A stretch of DNA of 64,000 nt from Mizuhopecten yessoensis (GCF_002113885.1 NW_018404300.1:330652-394651); one strand, 5' to 3'. Counted from the first letter of the stretch, positions 12,987 to 27,319 are shown. Program-made: numbers and translations. Notes: generated from the letters alone by a model not told the origin.

Positions 12987-14182
12987 ATGTTGTCTTGTCA
13001 TCTCATTTTGTGAAATCTGTCAATATGTCTGTTCATCAATCATAGCATTTCCCACTAGTCAACTTATTTAAAAAAAAAGTATTTTATGAAAATTAGTAAA
13101 CATAAGTGTGGTATTTGTCTTATCACGAAGAATTGCTCTAAAAGTTGACATTTAGTGTGCACTGTTCATCATATGATTATCATATATATATGCATATTGT
13201 ATATAAATTGTACATGCAGCTTTCTATAAACAGATCAGAGCACTGTCAACTTGTTTACATAATACATGTGTGTACTAATTACAAAGGTCTTTTCTTTGCC
13301 TTTCAGTTTAACCACACACTGTGTACTTGTATAACAGGAATGTCAGTTACGCACTACGACCTTGGATAAGATGCTGGCATGAGTGTTCGCTGATGTGGAA
13401 CCGTCAACACTAGAGTGACTGACAGTCTTGTTATAGACTAAAATTTAACAAGTAGGAAAGCACACACAGGTACGTGGAGTTTTTACCTGTACAGTTCCTC
13501 GTCGCTCGTTCAAATGTTGGCTTAATTAACAGGATTCACCTTTTTATTTCCTCATCACTCGACACGGAAAAGGTAAACAATGTTCACCTGTTAACGAGTT
13601 GTTAATACATTTTATCATCACATGTGTTTACAGGTTTTTCTATCTTCTTAGTGAATTAATTCAACCATGTCTATCTCCCGATTTAAGTAGGTTATTTTAT
13701 GGGGCAGTGGGGATTTATCGCTGGTGGCCAGGCAATCTGTAGACATTTAATTCATTGTGTTTACGGAGGTGGTGTGTTAGAATCAGATATATACACTTGT
13801 AAACATCTACCAGATTAATACAGTGTTGTCGGTCTTATTGATAAGAAATTGTATAATGACAATCCAGAGACGTTGAAAAGGAAAATTAAATGGCACGCCT
13901 TTTACTGAGTTCAACACGAATCAAAATGTATATTGGAGCTGGCACTGCTATTGGAAAGTCGGCATGATATATAACTTCCCCATTGCAATTGAAGGTTTTT
14001 TTCCACATTGATATTAAGTTTCAAAAATAAAACAGCAATGGAAAGAAATTTAAATGTTACTTAAGACCCTGATCTGTGAATGAAGATTACTGTAATCATT
14101 CTTCTTTGAAGGATAGGAAAATGATGGTATGATAAACATTTTAATTATTCCTTTTTTTATGGTGATCCATCTTAAATGTCGA

Positions 14183-15475
14183 TGTACCTGTGTAGTTCAC
14201 TGACTCAGATAGCTGTGAGGATAGTGTACCTGTGTATTCACTGACTCCGATAGCTGTGAGGATAGTGTCCCTGTTTAGTCACTGACTCCGATAGCTGTGA
14301 GGATAGTGTTCCTGTGTAGTTCACTGACTCCGATAGCTGTGAGGATAGTGTTCCTGTGTAGTTCACTGACTCCGATAGCTGTGAGGATAGTGTCCCTGTT
14401 TAGTCACTGACTCCGATAGCTGTGAGGATAGTGTTCCTGTGTAGTTCACTGACTCCGATAGCTGTCAGGATAGTGTACCTGTGTAGTCACTGACTCCGCT
14501 AGCTGTGAGGATAGTGTACCTGTGTAGTCACTGGCTCAGATAGCTGTGAGGATAGTGTACCTGTGTATTCACTGACTCCGATAGCTGTGAGGATAGTGTT
14601 CCTGTGTAGTTCACTGACTCCGATAGCTGTGAGGATGGTGTACCTGTGTAGTCACTGACTCCGATAGCTCTGAGGATAGTCTACCTGTGTAGTTCACTGA
14701 CTCCGATAGCTCTGAGGATAGTGTACCTGTGTAGTTCACTGACTCCGATAGCTGTGAGGAAAGTGTACCTGTGTAGTTCACTGACTCAGATAGCTGTGAG
14801 GATAGTGTCCCTGTGTAGTTCACTGACTCTGATAGCTGTGAGGATAGTGTACCTGTGTAGTCTCTGACTCCGATAGCTCTGAGGATAGTGTACCTGTGTA
14901 GTTCACTGACTCTGATAGCTGTGATGATAGTGTACCTGTGTAGTTCACTGACTCCGATTGCTCTGAGGATAGTGTACCTGTGTAGTTCACTGACTCTGAT
15001 AGCTGTGATGATAGTGTACCTGTGTAGTTCACTGACTCCGATTGCTCTGAGGATAGTGTACCTGTGTAGTTCACTGACTTCGATAGCTGTGAGGAAAGTG
15101 TACCTGTGTAGTTCACTGACTCGGATAGCTGTGAGGATAGTGTACCTGTGTAGTCACTGGCTCAGATAGCTGTGAGGATAGTGTACCTGTGTAGTCTCTG
15201 ACTCAGATAGCTGTGAGGATAGTGTACCTGTGTAGTCTCTGACTCCGATAGCTCTGAGGATAGTGTACCTGTGTAGTCACTGACTCCGCTAGCTGTGAGG
15301 ATAGTGTACCTGTGTAGTCACTGGCTCAGATAGCTGTGAGGATAGTGTACCTGTGTAGTCTCTGACTCCGATAGCTCTGAGGATAGTGTACCTGTGTAGT
15401 TCACTGACTCCGATAGCTGTGAGGAAAGTGTACCTGTGTAGTTCACTGATTCTGATAGCTGTGAGGATAGTGTAC
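14183..15475. repeat. 41/42-bp minisatellite, ~31 copies
   Basis: Unit tgtacctgtgtagttcactgactccgatagctgtgaggatag. Confidence 0.97.
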
Positions 15476-18400
15476 GTGGCAGTAGAAATTAATTTGACTC
15501 CAGCATTAGGATTGAAGAGCAGTTAACTTGTTAGTGTTGGACCTCTGAAGTGGTCTCATAAATACATCTTTTCCATGTTTTGATAAAAATTCTTGTGAAA
15601 AATATCAAAGTTAGAATTAAAATGAGGAACCATTTAATCAATGAAATATTGATAGGTTTTCATCTACCAATGAAAGTCAAGGTGTAACTGGTATGTAGAT
15701 GTAATGTTGAGACTGTCGCAATTTGAACGAATGACAAAGAAATTTAGAACAAAATGCCATTACCAGTGAAAAATTGTCACCTGTTTTATAACATGTATAT
15801 ATATCTTACACAATCTAGTGTACAAAAAATCTCCATTCTTATAGGTATCTAATATACAATCTTATCAAGCATGTACAATTACTCACATATACTGAATATA
15901 GAGTATACAAATTAACCTGGAGGTATGTCTTGAAGAGTTTTACTAGTAGCCTGTGACCTGACCGATATTTTCAAAGTAAAAGTATTGAAAATTTTCACTA
16001 GAACTGACATAAAATCTACTAACTAGCTTCCCGCTCGTTTTACTCGGATGTGCTGTCGTGTTGTTGGGATGATCAAATACCGGTTTAAGAGTTAGTTACC
16101 CACCTTGTCAACTGATAGAAATTTGCAAAATCATCTTACTTTCTAATAATTAAGATTATCAAAGCGTAAGTTGTCAAATGTTTCATCTTTAGGTAACCAC
16201 TCTAAATTTCTGCACAGTTAAAGTATGGATAACTTTGGTAACTTACTGCCCTATTGCCAATATACAGACATATGTTTGATAAAGATAACCAGTATTTGTA
16301 CTGTAGTAGGGGTTCGTAATGACATTAATGCATGTTGAATGTTTTTACTTTCCCTGTACATCAGTGATTGTACCTTATACACATGTACAAGTACCAACTC
16401 TCATTTCTGTAACGGAGAGAAAAACTTTCATCTCGACAAGAGTTCAGAAAACCTGCCATTAAGCATATAGCCACTTTGAACTGTGATTGTTGAATGCCAA
16501 TGGAAATAACTTGCTCACAAAAAGGAATTTAGATTGGTGAGGTATTCCTCTTGAACTTCTTTTACAAAACACAAAAGACACTTCAGATTGCACTGACAAA
16601 TTTGACATTACAAGGGAACTTTGTTAGCTTTTTTAACTTTAAACAAATGACAGTTTATCAAAATTCATCATCAGTAGTGGGTTGAGACAAAATGTTCATT
16701 ATGCAGACTTTTATGTTGTCATGTGCCATATCTAACACTTTTCATTGCTAATTTTAAGGTAGTAATTTGTGGAGCATTTATCCAGTTATCGGGACGTGAT
16801 ATACACATGATACAGGATTTCCTATGTGATACATGTGTCACCAAAATACCATCATACCAATACATACCATTTTGGTATTACAGCCCTTCTCTATATGAAG
16901 TGTACTTGATTATGAAGTGTAAGGTTGTGTACTTGTTTATGAGGTGTGAGGTTGTGTATTAATTGCCAACCGGATCGCAGGCTTAGCTACAATCTAGCGA
17001 TAATGTCAAGTGCAAATTTAAACCATGAACCAGAGTGCTTTTTGTTAAGTATATGCTTAAAGTGTGTTTAGCTTGGTACAGAGATTTAAATAAGTTTGTA
17101 AGAACTTGTACTGTTAACTTCCTATTGTTCTGGGGTATATTTAAAGAAAAAAATGAAGATAGAGTTTTCATTGCTAATAATTCAGTATAAAATTTCTGAT
17201 ATATTCTTTTGAATTCAAGCCAAACGATTGTGAAATTAAAGAATTTGAGATGTATTGACTTACCATTTTGTATAAAGGTGTAGAATACTAGTGATTAGCT
17301 GACTCGATCGCTCTGAAGGTTTGCTGGTTTGTAAAACCAATATATTGATTTGGAAATTCAAGCTAACAACGTTTTCAATTGAAAAAACTTCTGAGAGATC
17401 GATCCTGGTACACAGATTTAACAGAACAATTTAGTTGGTGCTGTGTATCGGTGCCGGTGTGTAGGAGAAGAGAGGTGTATGAGGGTATATGAATACTTCG
17501 TGGTGTAGGTGACATACTTGGTGTTGGAGGGTAAACAGTAGGACCAGGGTACAGTTCCACCCGAGTTGACTGACCATTGAGGAGATATGGGTGAGTCGAG
17601 TGTCTGTACGCTGTCAGACGGGTAGTGTGTGTGTCTGTCCAAGTGTATACTTTTGTTGTGGTGACATAAACGTGTGTATAAACAGATCATAAATCAATCT
17701 ATTTGTCACCAAATACCACACAAGTGTCTCTCAAATCATCTGATAAGTCAGATCCTTCTATCTAAGTGAACTTGGTACTCTATAAAGCTAGCAGCCAAAC
17801 AATGGTTTAAGATTCCACTCAGCACTTAAACCATGTGGACAGTTTAAAGTAGTAGACATTTGTTCAGCATGTCCGACATACTGTAGAGCCTACAGGTCTG
17901 GGTGTTATTTTTCGCAGTGAATCTTAATAAAGACACTTGTATGTTGCTGAAGAAAATTATGAGGCCTTTAGAATAATTTTGTTGTTACAGAGCCAAAAAT
18001 GTTGCTCCTTTTAATTATGAAGAAAAAGTATACCTGCACTTGTTTTGAATTTTATCTTTATGATAAATATAACTTAGGGCAGATAATGAGGTACTGCAGT
18101 GAAACAGAATGGTGAAGGGACGGGACTGTTGTAGTCTGACACCTGAAGTAAAATAGTTATCCTCTTATAACCATAAGTGTCCCATTGTGTAACACACAAT
18201 AGAGAAAACACAATGTTTAATATCACACTGGTCATACAGAAGATTTATCAGGATTTGAGGGAGGTTGCCAGTCATTGTGAAGCTATAGCTTCAATGTTAA
18301 AAAAGGGTGTAGAAAGGTTTTACAAATGCAATTATTTAGGACACAACTTTTCAATATGTTTCCTCTTAGTTTTTGTTTATCTCAATTGCTGTGAATCAGA

Positions 18401-19671
18401 AATAATGAATATGACAAAATTAAAAAAATAAATATTTTTTGTCCCTAAATCTAACAAGGCCTTGATCAGCTTTACAAGCACTGTAAGCTCCATAGTGTAT
18501 GTGTAGACACGCTGTGTATGTCAACAGTAGTACCGTTCTCATACCTGGTCGGGACTGTTTACATACACCTGTGTTGACAGGTAGCTAAACGTGTAATCAC
18601 CTGGACAGGTAAGTGAGATACTCTAAATAACTATTTACGAACTCTCTGTCCTAATGGGTCACTTTGGTTGATGGTCAGTCAGTTCACTTAGTGACTGATT
18701 GACCGTACAGTTGAAGGCAGTGACCTGACGTAAATGATCTGATTACTGTACAGTAAGTATGAGTATAACAGGATGCTGTACATGAGAAATTTCAATAGAT
18801 TTTGTTAACACAATATTATACTTTGAATATATTTGTATACTGCTAAATTTCTCAATGAATTATTCATTGAATGACAAAATCTATTTATTGAGTGCAATCT
18901 GTCCTTAGATATTTAAACACAAGACAGTTTGATTTAATCTCCCAATAGAAATCAAATGTATAATATAATAGTTTACGCAGATTTGAATAGACAGGTAAAA
19001 TAACTTTAGAGCTGTGTTTGGATATATCAACATTATTAGTTGAATTAAAAAATAAATTGATTACTTTATTACTTTAAATCTTATTATTAAATCAATTTAA
19101 CTGTATATTGTATTTTTTGTCTGTTTCCATTAAAATTCCTAGTAAGAATTTCCGAACAACTTTGATTGAAATTTTATTTAGATAGCTATTGGTATGATTG
19201 TACTGATTATCATTCACTGATAATTTGTTTAGTTCAAGAAAAAAACTGGTTTTGGTGGTCATATTATGCCTGAGCACTGATAGGCTCACTTTGAATTTAG
19301 ATTAATTATTACGATTCCTACAGACGTATGGTCGTAACAGTCCAGACATGTATACGTGTACCTTACAATGGCACCGCAGTACTTAGGTATTCTGATTTAA
19401 ATCTGGAATGATTGATCTGTTGTAAATCCACCTGGGTATGTACAGGTGTAAACAAGAACATGTACCTACACATTATCATATGTAACGCTAGTGTTGCAGC
19501 ACATTTTGTTTTCACATAACCTATATCTTTGATGTTTCCTTAACTTCAGCCATTATAAAGCTTGCCAGTCGCTCCTTAAAAGCCAGTGCTGTGTTCAAAC
19601 TTCAGTGTAAGCATTTTGTTTCATGTTCTGAAACTGTTCCAGTTGAAGCTTTATTTGTGGTGCTGCTTATA

Positions 19672-19918
19672 TTTAGTTTGTTTGTGCTTTATGTCCTATT
19701 GACAGCTATGGTAATTGAAGGACGTGTCAGGTTTTGGTGGTGGAGGAAAACCGGAGTACCTGGATTAAACCCAGAGTAAATCACCGACCTGCCGTCAGTA
19801 CATGTACTTAGTAACTGCCCCCTGTACTGATGTAGGCCTGAAAAACACAACCCAGTGGTTGAGGGCTATTGATCATAGATCTGGTCAGACACCTGAAGCA
19901 CTTGGCCACCACTGCCCC
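19672..19918 (-). mobile_element. tRNA-derived V-domain SINE (degraded)
   Basis: ggaggaaaaccggagtacc is the reverse complement of the V-SINE core; head reads ggggcagtggtggcc on - strand. Confidence 0.6.
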
Positions 19919-20721
19919 TTGAGTGTTGCTGAGCCTGACAGAAATGTCTTACGACTAAATATTACCATGTTTGTAGTAGGTAGGACAACACCTTGGTATT
20001 ATCGAATGTTTCCTTTCCTGGTTCAATCACCTGTGCAAAATTTACAGAGGAAAAATCAATGTTCTCTGCTCTAGCAACAGCTTGAACAGTTTATCACTGC
20101 CAGGCGTGATTCACACTTGAGACTATAAATTCCCTGCTTTCACAGAAATCAAGTGTGTAAATCACTTTGCTATGATTCTAACTATGGACTGTAATCCCAT
20201 GCATTGAAACCGTTTTGGATTGTGTCTGGTATTGTGTTTGAGGAATCCTGTTTACTTGTGGTAATGTAATCCTAGAATTTTTTGTTTCAATTCAGTCAAT
20301 AGTAGTATTATATTTTCTTTGCATGTCTTTGCTTAATATAACTTTTCCAAATATATCCAAATAACCAATTCCCCCCCAGACTTTGTTGCCAGTCCATTTT
20401 GATATTTATATTGGAGGCTTAGAGAAGGAGATTTTTTACAGTATGTTTTAAAACTTGTGCATTAGAAGTCCAAGGAAAGGTTTGTCTTGATATCAAAGTG
20501 TACAATTCTTCTTGCTGTTCACCCTATTTGTCACCAAATTTCCAAAATGAAAGAGCAGCACCACCTATTGGTATTTCAGTGTTGTCAGACCAATCTATAC
20601 CAACTTCCTACACGGTAGTCTCACAATGCCAACTAGGGACTGGTTTAATGTTAAATGTGAGTTTGTGTGTAATGTTTCAACTGTAATTATCTCCCTGGTT
20701 TCTGTTGTGTTACAGAGGTCA

Positions 20722-21054
20722 ATGGGTAATGCTAATAGTTCTGGAGGAGGTTTGGTTGTCGGAGAAGATCAGGATCTTCCTGAAATTTATGAAGTTTTGA
20801 CATACGAGGATGATGGTTTTGGTGTAGAGGAAGATGAAGACAGTCTAGAGGAAGAATACAAAGAATGTGACGACGAGGGAGACTCCGACGGAGAGGAGAG
20901 AGAGTCTAAAGGAGAAGAGAGAGAGGGAGAGGAAAAAGAAGGGGATACACAGGCTGATCAGGGAGAAAAACAGCTCCTAGAGGATCAGCAAGGAGCGAAA
21001 CAGAAACAACAGCTCACCAAGGAACAGCAAGATGTCAACAGCAGAAAGGATAAG
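20722..21054 (+). CDS. BIVM: BIVM-family protein, coding exon 1 (MGNANSS..., acidic)
   Basis: Acceptor ttacag|20716, ATG 20722, donor AAG|gtatgt, phase 0; joins the next exon in frame. Confidence 0.75.
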
Positions 21055-22437
21055 GTATGTTACTGTAGATAATACAGAGGCTGACGTTTCTTTCAGAGCT
21101 GAGTTCAGTAGTCTTTCAATGTAAACACAGATTATATATGAAGTCCAACCATTCATATACATATAACCTTGTCTGGACAATTACTAAAAATATGTAAATG
21201 TTAGATTCCAATGACAAGAAGGACATAAATAAACTGACAAATTGAGGATGGTGTACTGGAATCCCCAGTTTGGCGGATTGCAAATTTATGTTACATTTGT
21301 GAAGCTTCATTGTCACATTTACCTAAATAAATGGCAAACTTTCCAAATTTTTGAAATTTCCATGGGAGAGATTCTACATGCTCAAAATTAAAACATTAAT
21401 GAAATGTATATGCCCCCTAGGGACAAAATAACCCTTTATAAAGACATAATTTAAGTTGTTATTTCGGATGAACTCATTAGATCTTAGAAAATAGGAGCAG
21501 TTTAGCAAATTCACTGGTTGAAAATACTACATTTAAGAGTCAAATATCGGGAGACTCCCACCTAAAAAGGGAGGGTTGGCAAGTATGAAATGGAAAGAAG
21601 CCTTTTCATGTTGGGCTTAAAATGTAAAATTAAAGTTCATGGTAATTTAGTACTCAAAATTTCATTCAGGGATATTTATTTTGCAAGTTAAGCTCACCTG
21701 GAATGAAATAGGTTTATGTCATAGTGCCATGTCACAGCAGTCAAGTTTGTTTAAAACTTTTCATGACAACCTCAATAGAACTAGAAATCCAATAGTCATG
21801 ATATTTGGTTTTAAGCTTTCAGATGTAAGCCCTAGAATGGTGACATTTACTTTATACTTTATAGCTTGGTTTGGTGAGGGGTTCTCAACAGTATTTAAAT
21901 CAATTTACTTGACTTAAGGTCAAATGAATCAAAATGTAGCTAAATTGTCTGGATAAAAGGCTGTAAAATTTGTTCAAATAGCTGACCCTGACTTGTTTCA
22001 AGGTCATGGAATTAGACGTATTGACAATTCAAAATAACTTGTTCCGAAGTCATTGATTTGTTGTGGTGAAGAGGTGTCGGGATGATTTTGACTGATATCA
22101 AGACTATATATTTAAAAGGTGTTAAAAATTCAAACAACTTGTCAGGACCTTCAGAATTAAAGTTGATACAGGCCACTGGGGCCTATTGTCTACACCCAAC
22201 TTAATCTGATTTCTCACAGATATTACTCAATAATAGTAAACTACCTTAAGTCGATTGTAAGTAAGCAGGATTGCTTCTGATTTGTCTGACTGCACACTTA
22301 TTGGCAGGGAATGTTTTGTCCTATTGTAGTACACTTAGTGGCAAGGATTTGACAGAGGCTTTTGTTTCTTGTAATTCCTCATCACTACTGAGGTGTATGT
22401 CTGACATCTGTTACACCAGCTTTGTATGTATTTACAG

Positions 22438-22585
22438 GCTGTCAGTGGCTACATCTATTCTGGGATAGACCCCACCATTGTGTCACGTCTGATTCGTGAG
22501 GTGGAGGAACTACTCACACATGTGACTAACGAAAACTTCGAAGCGGCCCAGAATGCAGCACTCATATTGAAGGAGACCAATTTAG
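22438..22585 (+). CDS. BIVM: BIVM-family protein, coding exon 2
   Basis: tttacag|AVSGYIYSGIDPTIVSRLIREVEELL...KETNL, TAG|gtaggt; phase 0/1 matches exon 3. Confidence 0.75.
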
Positions 22586-22880
22586 GTAGGTACAACAGAC
22601 CAGCCTCGTTCTGGATAGACCACATACTAAAGGAGGCATGCATGAGGTAAGTATAACAGGCAGCCTCATTCTGGATAGACCAGGTACTGAAGGAGGCATG
22701 CATGAGGTAAGTATTACAGGTTACAGGTAGCCTCATTCTGGATAGACCAGGTACTAAAGGACACATCTATAGGTAGGTAAACAATGTCACTATTCTGGAT
22801 AGGACACACATTTTACTAATGGATGCAAATTTACATAGAGAAACAAGGTCAGCCTCGTTCTGGATAGGACTCATATCGCA
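22586..22880 (+). repeat. Degenerate ~60-bp repeat copying the exon end and donor site
   Basis: gcctc(g/a)ttctggatagac...aaggag...ag|gta(a/g)gt units, about 4-5 copies. Confidence 0.75.
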
Positions 22881-25132
22881 CTAATGCAAGTAAGTTTATA
22901 TTCACCTACAATCTATATTGGCACATAGCATTACAACAATGTTAAAAACAACAGTAGATTTTCTCAGAATTGGGAACCTTTTTTATTTTTAAATATGTCT
23001 GTTGTGACAATCTATGGCTTCATTTTTAGCTAACTTGGCCTTTGATTGGCTGAGACTTTTTTGATTTTATTCAAATATTCCTCTTCTGGCCCTGATCAAG
23101 TGTTTTTGTGTTTTGGACCAATTCATAATCAAAGATAGTCACCTGTCCTCTGATTGGAAGAGACTTATGTGACTAATTTTCAAATTTCATCACGTAAATG
23201 TTTAGTTTATTATATTGTACAGGTGTCCTTGTCATTTCCATAACCAGGTGTTTGTTTAATGTAAATTGCGTTGGTTGTGTCGTGCCACCAACAAGAAATT
23301 TGAAATGGCCACCATGGTCAAACAGTTGAATGATACAGGCCTGATGGGCCTCTTGTCGGTAAACAGGTCGTACAGGTTAACAGAAATACCTACATACCAC
23401 ATGTTTTGTGTATTGATCCCTTTGTATGGATTAATAGAATCTATCGCTACTGGTTGTGTAAGATAGAGAAATCTCAACCCGAGGACTAAGATTTTTTGTC
23501 CAGAACGAGGCTTGAAATAAAGGTAAACATGGACCCAAAACACATACAGGCAATTTGTTGATGGATTGTTGACGTGACGTCGTTGTATTGTTGAAGTGAC
23601 GTCATGCCATTGTTATGAATAGGGGAATCCCCCCGTCTCAACCCTAGGGCGGAGACAGATAAATCTAGCACCGGCAAAACGGGAGATAAATCTGTCAGGT
23701 GTGGGAGAAAAGTAAATAAACACTTGTTTTTGAAAGCTGATCAGAGATGGTTGCCAGTCGGACTACGTTTGTCATTGAGAATGACATCAAAGAGTAACTA
23801 TATTTAAATAATAGGATGTTGGCCAGGTGACAGTGAGTATTCTTCAAATGTTGGCCAGGTGAGAATCAACCACATTTTGGCAAAAAAGTATTAATTTTCC
23901 AGCTTCATGCAATTTGAAGACGACTTTTTCGGACATGTGGATATATTTGCCTGTCAAACTCCTTGTTACAGTCAAATACTACTGATTTGGTGAGTAGAGG
24001 AATACAAAGCTATAATAGTTGTAGCAGACAAAGGTGAAGTAACATGTTTTTGAGGAACTCTAATCAGAAACAAGCTTTATACTCTAGGCCACAAATGTAA
24101 GCACACCTTCAGGTTGTCACAGTTGCTGTGTATCAAGAGAATAGCTAAATGAATGAGCGTTTAAATGCTATTTAAAATACAGACATGAATTAGTAGGTAC
24201 ATTGTATGTGAACTGATGTGTGATACGATCCGATTATTTTTATAGAGTGATTGAACATCATTGTCTACAAATATAGTCTCTATACAAGCAGATAAAATCT
24301 GACATTTTGTTCAGCATTGTCAGCTTAACGAAATATGAATAAAATAATTCAGGGTATTAATTTCTCAAAATAATTTACTGATAATTACATTTCCTACTTT
24401 TGGTTGAAAGAGTTTGAATTTAACAAAGATATTTCTGTTTATTACTAATTGGACTCTTTTTGAAAGTAAGAATTAGAGACATAATATTTCATATTTATGG
24501 TAATGTTAGGCCTACCAAGTTTTGTTTGAATGGGACAGGAATCTTCTGGTAATTCTATCTGTTACCCCATACATTATAATAGGTTGATCTAAACCAAAGA
24601 TGGAACAATTCATTGTTAATTAATGGGGGTGGGTTAAATACGGATCCGGATGTTCAAATGGAGTTGTGTCTGTAGTCCATAGAAACAATGATAGGAGAAG
24701 CTATTTAATGCATGTTTTATTTAGATCACAAAAATTCAATTAAGAAATTTGATATCAAATATTTTAGGTATGATATATTTTTAGCAGATATTGAATTACA
24801 ATTTTATTAAATGAATTACTAAATATTGAAATAAGAGAATTGAATTCTTCAGAGTTTGAAAAATGTTTTGTAAAATGTTTTGTGCGGAAACAATATACGT
24901 ATTCAGATAGTTGATATATATTGTTTGAGAAGAACAATGTATTGCTATATATAAGTACCTGAATTGTACACCCCAAGTACACGTAGATATTGTTGGTTGG
25001 TCCTAGGAAGTCCCTTGTTGTCCACAGTTATAACATTGGGACCGGTGGACAACTGTCTGCTCGATAGTGGATGTTGTAAAACAAATGCAGGTTTCTGAAA
25101 AGATTTGGCGACAAAGCAGTTTACATAGAATG

Positions 25133-25496
25133 ATAGATGTACCAACACCCCATTGTGATGTTAGGACAGTAGTTCCCATAGATGTACCAGCAACCTCAGT
25201 GTGATGTTAGGACAGTAGTTCCCATAGATGTACCAACACCCCATTGTGATGTTAGGAAAGTAGTTCCCATAGATGTACCAGCAACCTCAGTGTGATGTTA
25301 GGACAGTAGTTCCCATAAATGTACCAACACCCCATTGTGATGTTAGGCAAGTAGTTCCCATAGATGTACCAACTCCCCATTGTGATGTTAGGAAAGTAGT
25401 TCCCATAGATGTACCAACCCCCCATTGTGATGTTAGGACAGAAGTTCCCACAGATGTACCAGCAACCTCAGTGTGATGTTAGGACAGTAGTTCCCA
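25133..25496. repeat. 45/46-bp minisatellite, ~8 copies
   Basis: Unit atagatgtaccaacaccccattgtgatgttaggacagtagttccc, with a 46-bp variant. Confidence 0.95.
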
Positions 25497-26416
25497 ACAT
25501 GTGGAAACACATTCTGTGGTTTTATACTGGTGTTGAAAACCTGACCTTCATCTCTGAAAGTGTTAGCGACTGCACAGGATTGTAAAACTACGTGGATGTC
25601 ACATGGAATATGTGGACGGATCGTTACTTTGTATCAATTTACTTGCAGTATATGGAACTGATCTCAGTATTAGTTTCGACCAGAATGAGGCCAGATAGCT
25701 CCAGCGTATGGTATCGGAGAGAGTGTGACAGCTGTCTGCTGTAGGGTGCTGAATCACAGAATGGAAGCGCATAATATGGATGTTTCTTTGGCAGTAGGTC
25801 TGCAAAGGAAAATAGTCTATTTCACTGAATTTCAGAATAAATGCTCATAAAAAATTATATGAATTTAAACTGTCTTAGCCTGAAATGAATAGGACAGCAG
25901 GAAGAATGTTTTGATATAAGGTGAAAAAACTAAAATCTGACTACAACCAGGTTGAATGGTTTTGTGTTCACGCAAAGAATAGAAATGGCTGGATTTCAAC
26001 TTCGTGGACGCCACAAAGGAGTCGGTAAATATGCAGGAAACATTGTCCTGGTCAGAATATTTCCTGTCCCAACTCTTTTCAAACTCATCATTTATCTAGT
26101 AAATATAGTCTTATCATTTACTGCATTAATAGCAATGGTTAGTGATTAACATTTTAAAGAATCCACTTAATCTCAGGAATACACATCAAAATAGATCTGC
26201 TTTTTATCCTGTTCCCCTCCTTTGGTCTTCATACACATGGTACTTACTCCATATCTATAACAGATCTACTAATATTAACCTGGAGGTTTATCTATAGGAG
26301 CCACCAGTATAGTTGTATCACCTCAGCTGTAATATAGACATTGATCATCACCACATACATGTAGGATGATTTGTGTAGTTTTGTGTAGTTTTTCATTAGG
26401 ACTTGTCTACTTACAG

Positions 26417-27319
26417 GGTCTTTAGCAGAAGGAATGAGCAAATCAATAGAGCGACAACAGAGATCCTACTACGATGGAAATATCCCTTCAAACAGGAAGT
26501 CAGGTTCTCGTCTTCAGGGTCCTAGAATTGATGTTGGGTCAAGAAAACAAGCTTATCGTCAGGGAAACACACCAAATAGGTCATCAGCTGATCTCACCAA
26601 ACTTCCACCAATCAATGGTTTCCGCAACGAAAAACCAGACAGTCGGGAGACGGGATCAACTGTTGTGTTTACAGATGGTGGCGGAGATACATCCCCCAGC
26701 AAAGGTCAGCATGGAGGTCATGTATCACGCCCTCCGTATAGTCCGACAAAAATGTCTGTTTCCAAGGACAAATCCCCTGCCAAGGATCAAAGGTCAGGGG
26801 TCACATGTAATGACATTGTGGCCATGACCTCAAACTATGTTCCAAGTGATGACAAGTCCACCATCAGAGATCAAAGGTCAAATATTGCATCATTGGTCAA
26901 TTCTGTCCAGCTTGAAGACAAGCCACAAGATGATGAAAGGTCAAAGTTCATCAGGGATCAAAGGTCAAGTATACCATCAATGATTCCTTCATTTCAAATG
27001 GATGCCAAAACAAAAGAGGAAAGGTCAAAGGTGAAGGAACAAAGGAAAAGTTTGATTCCATCATTCTCCAGTGAGGATAGGTCAAGGTCAAAGGATTCCA
27101 AATATAGCTCAAGTAACAATCATGGCGAGGAGGGATCGAAGGTTGAGGCGGTGAAGGCAGAGGTGGGAAAACCTGAACCAACAAAGACAGAGCCTAAAAC
27201 CTTGTCACCAAAGAAAACAGTTGAAGGGGTGGAACCAGAAGTTGGGGAGTTCAAGTCAGAAATAGCATGGGACGTTGATGTATCTGACATCACCCCTAGC
27301 AGGAAAATCAGGAAACCAG
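26417..27319 (+). CDS. BIVM: BIVM-family protein, coding exon 3 (disordered S/K/R-rich, ending EIAWDVD)
   Basis: ttacag|...CCAG|gtaatt; long ORF 26434-; phase 1/1. Confidence 0.88.

Noticed and set aside
14611-15169. Repetitive ORFs (NYTGTLSSQLSESV)n as a real protein
   Set aside because: By-product of a 42-bp minisatellite; interspersed 41-bp units break the frame, and no supporting gene structure is evident.
25273-25476. ORF with VPTPHCDVR repeats
   Set aside because: Translation of a 45/46-bp intronic minisatellite; exon 2 already joins exon 3 in frame without it.
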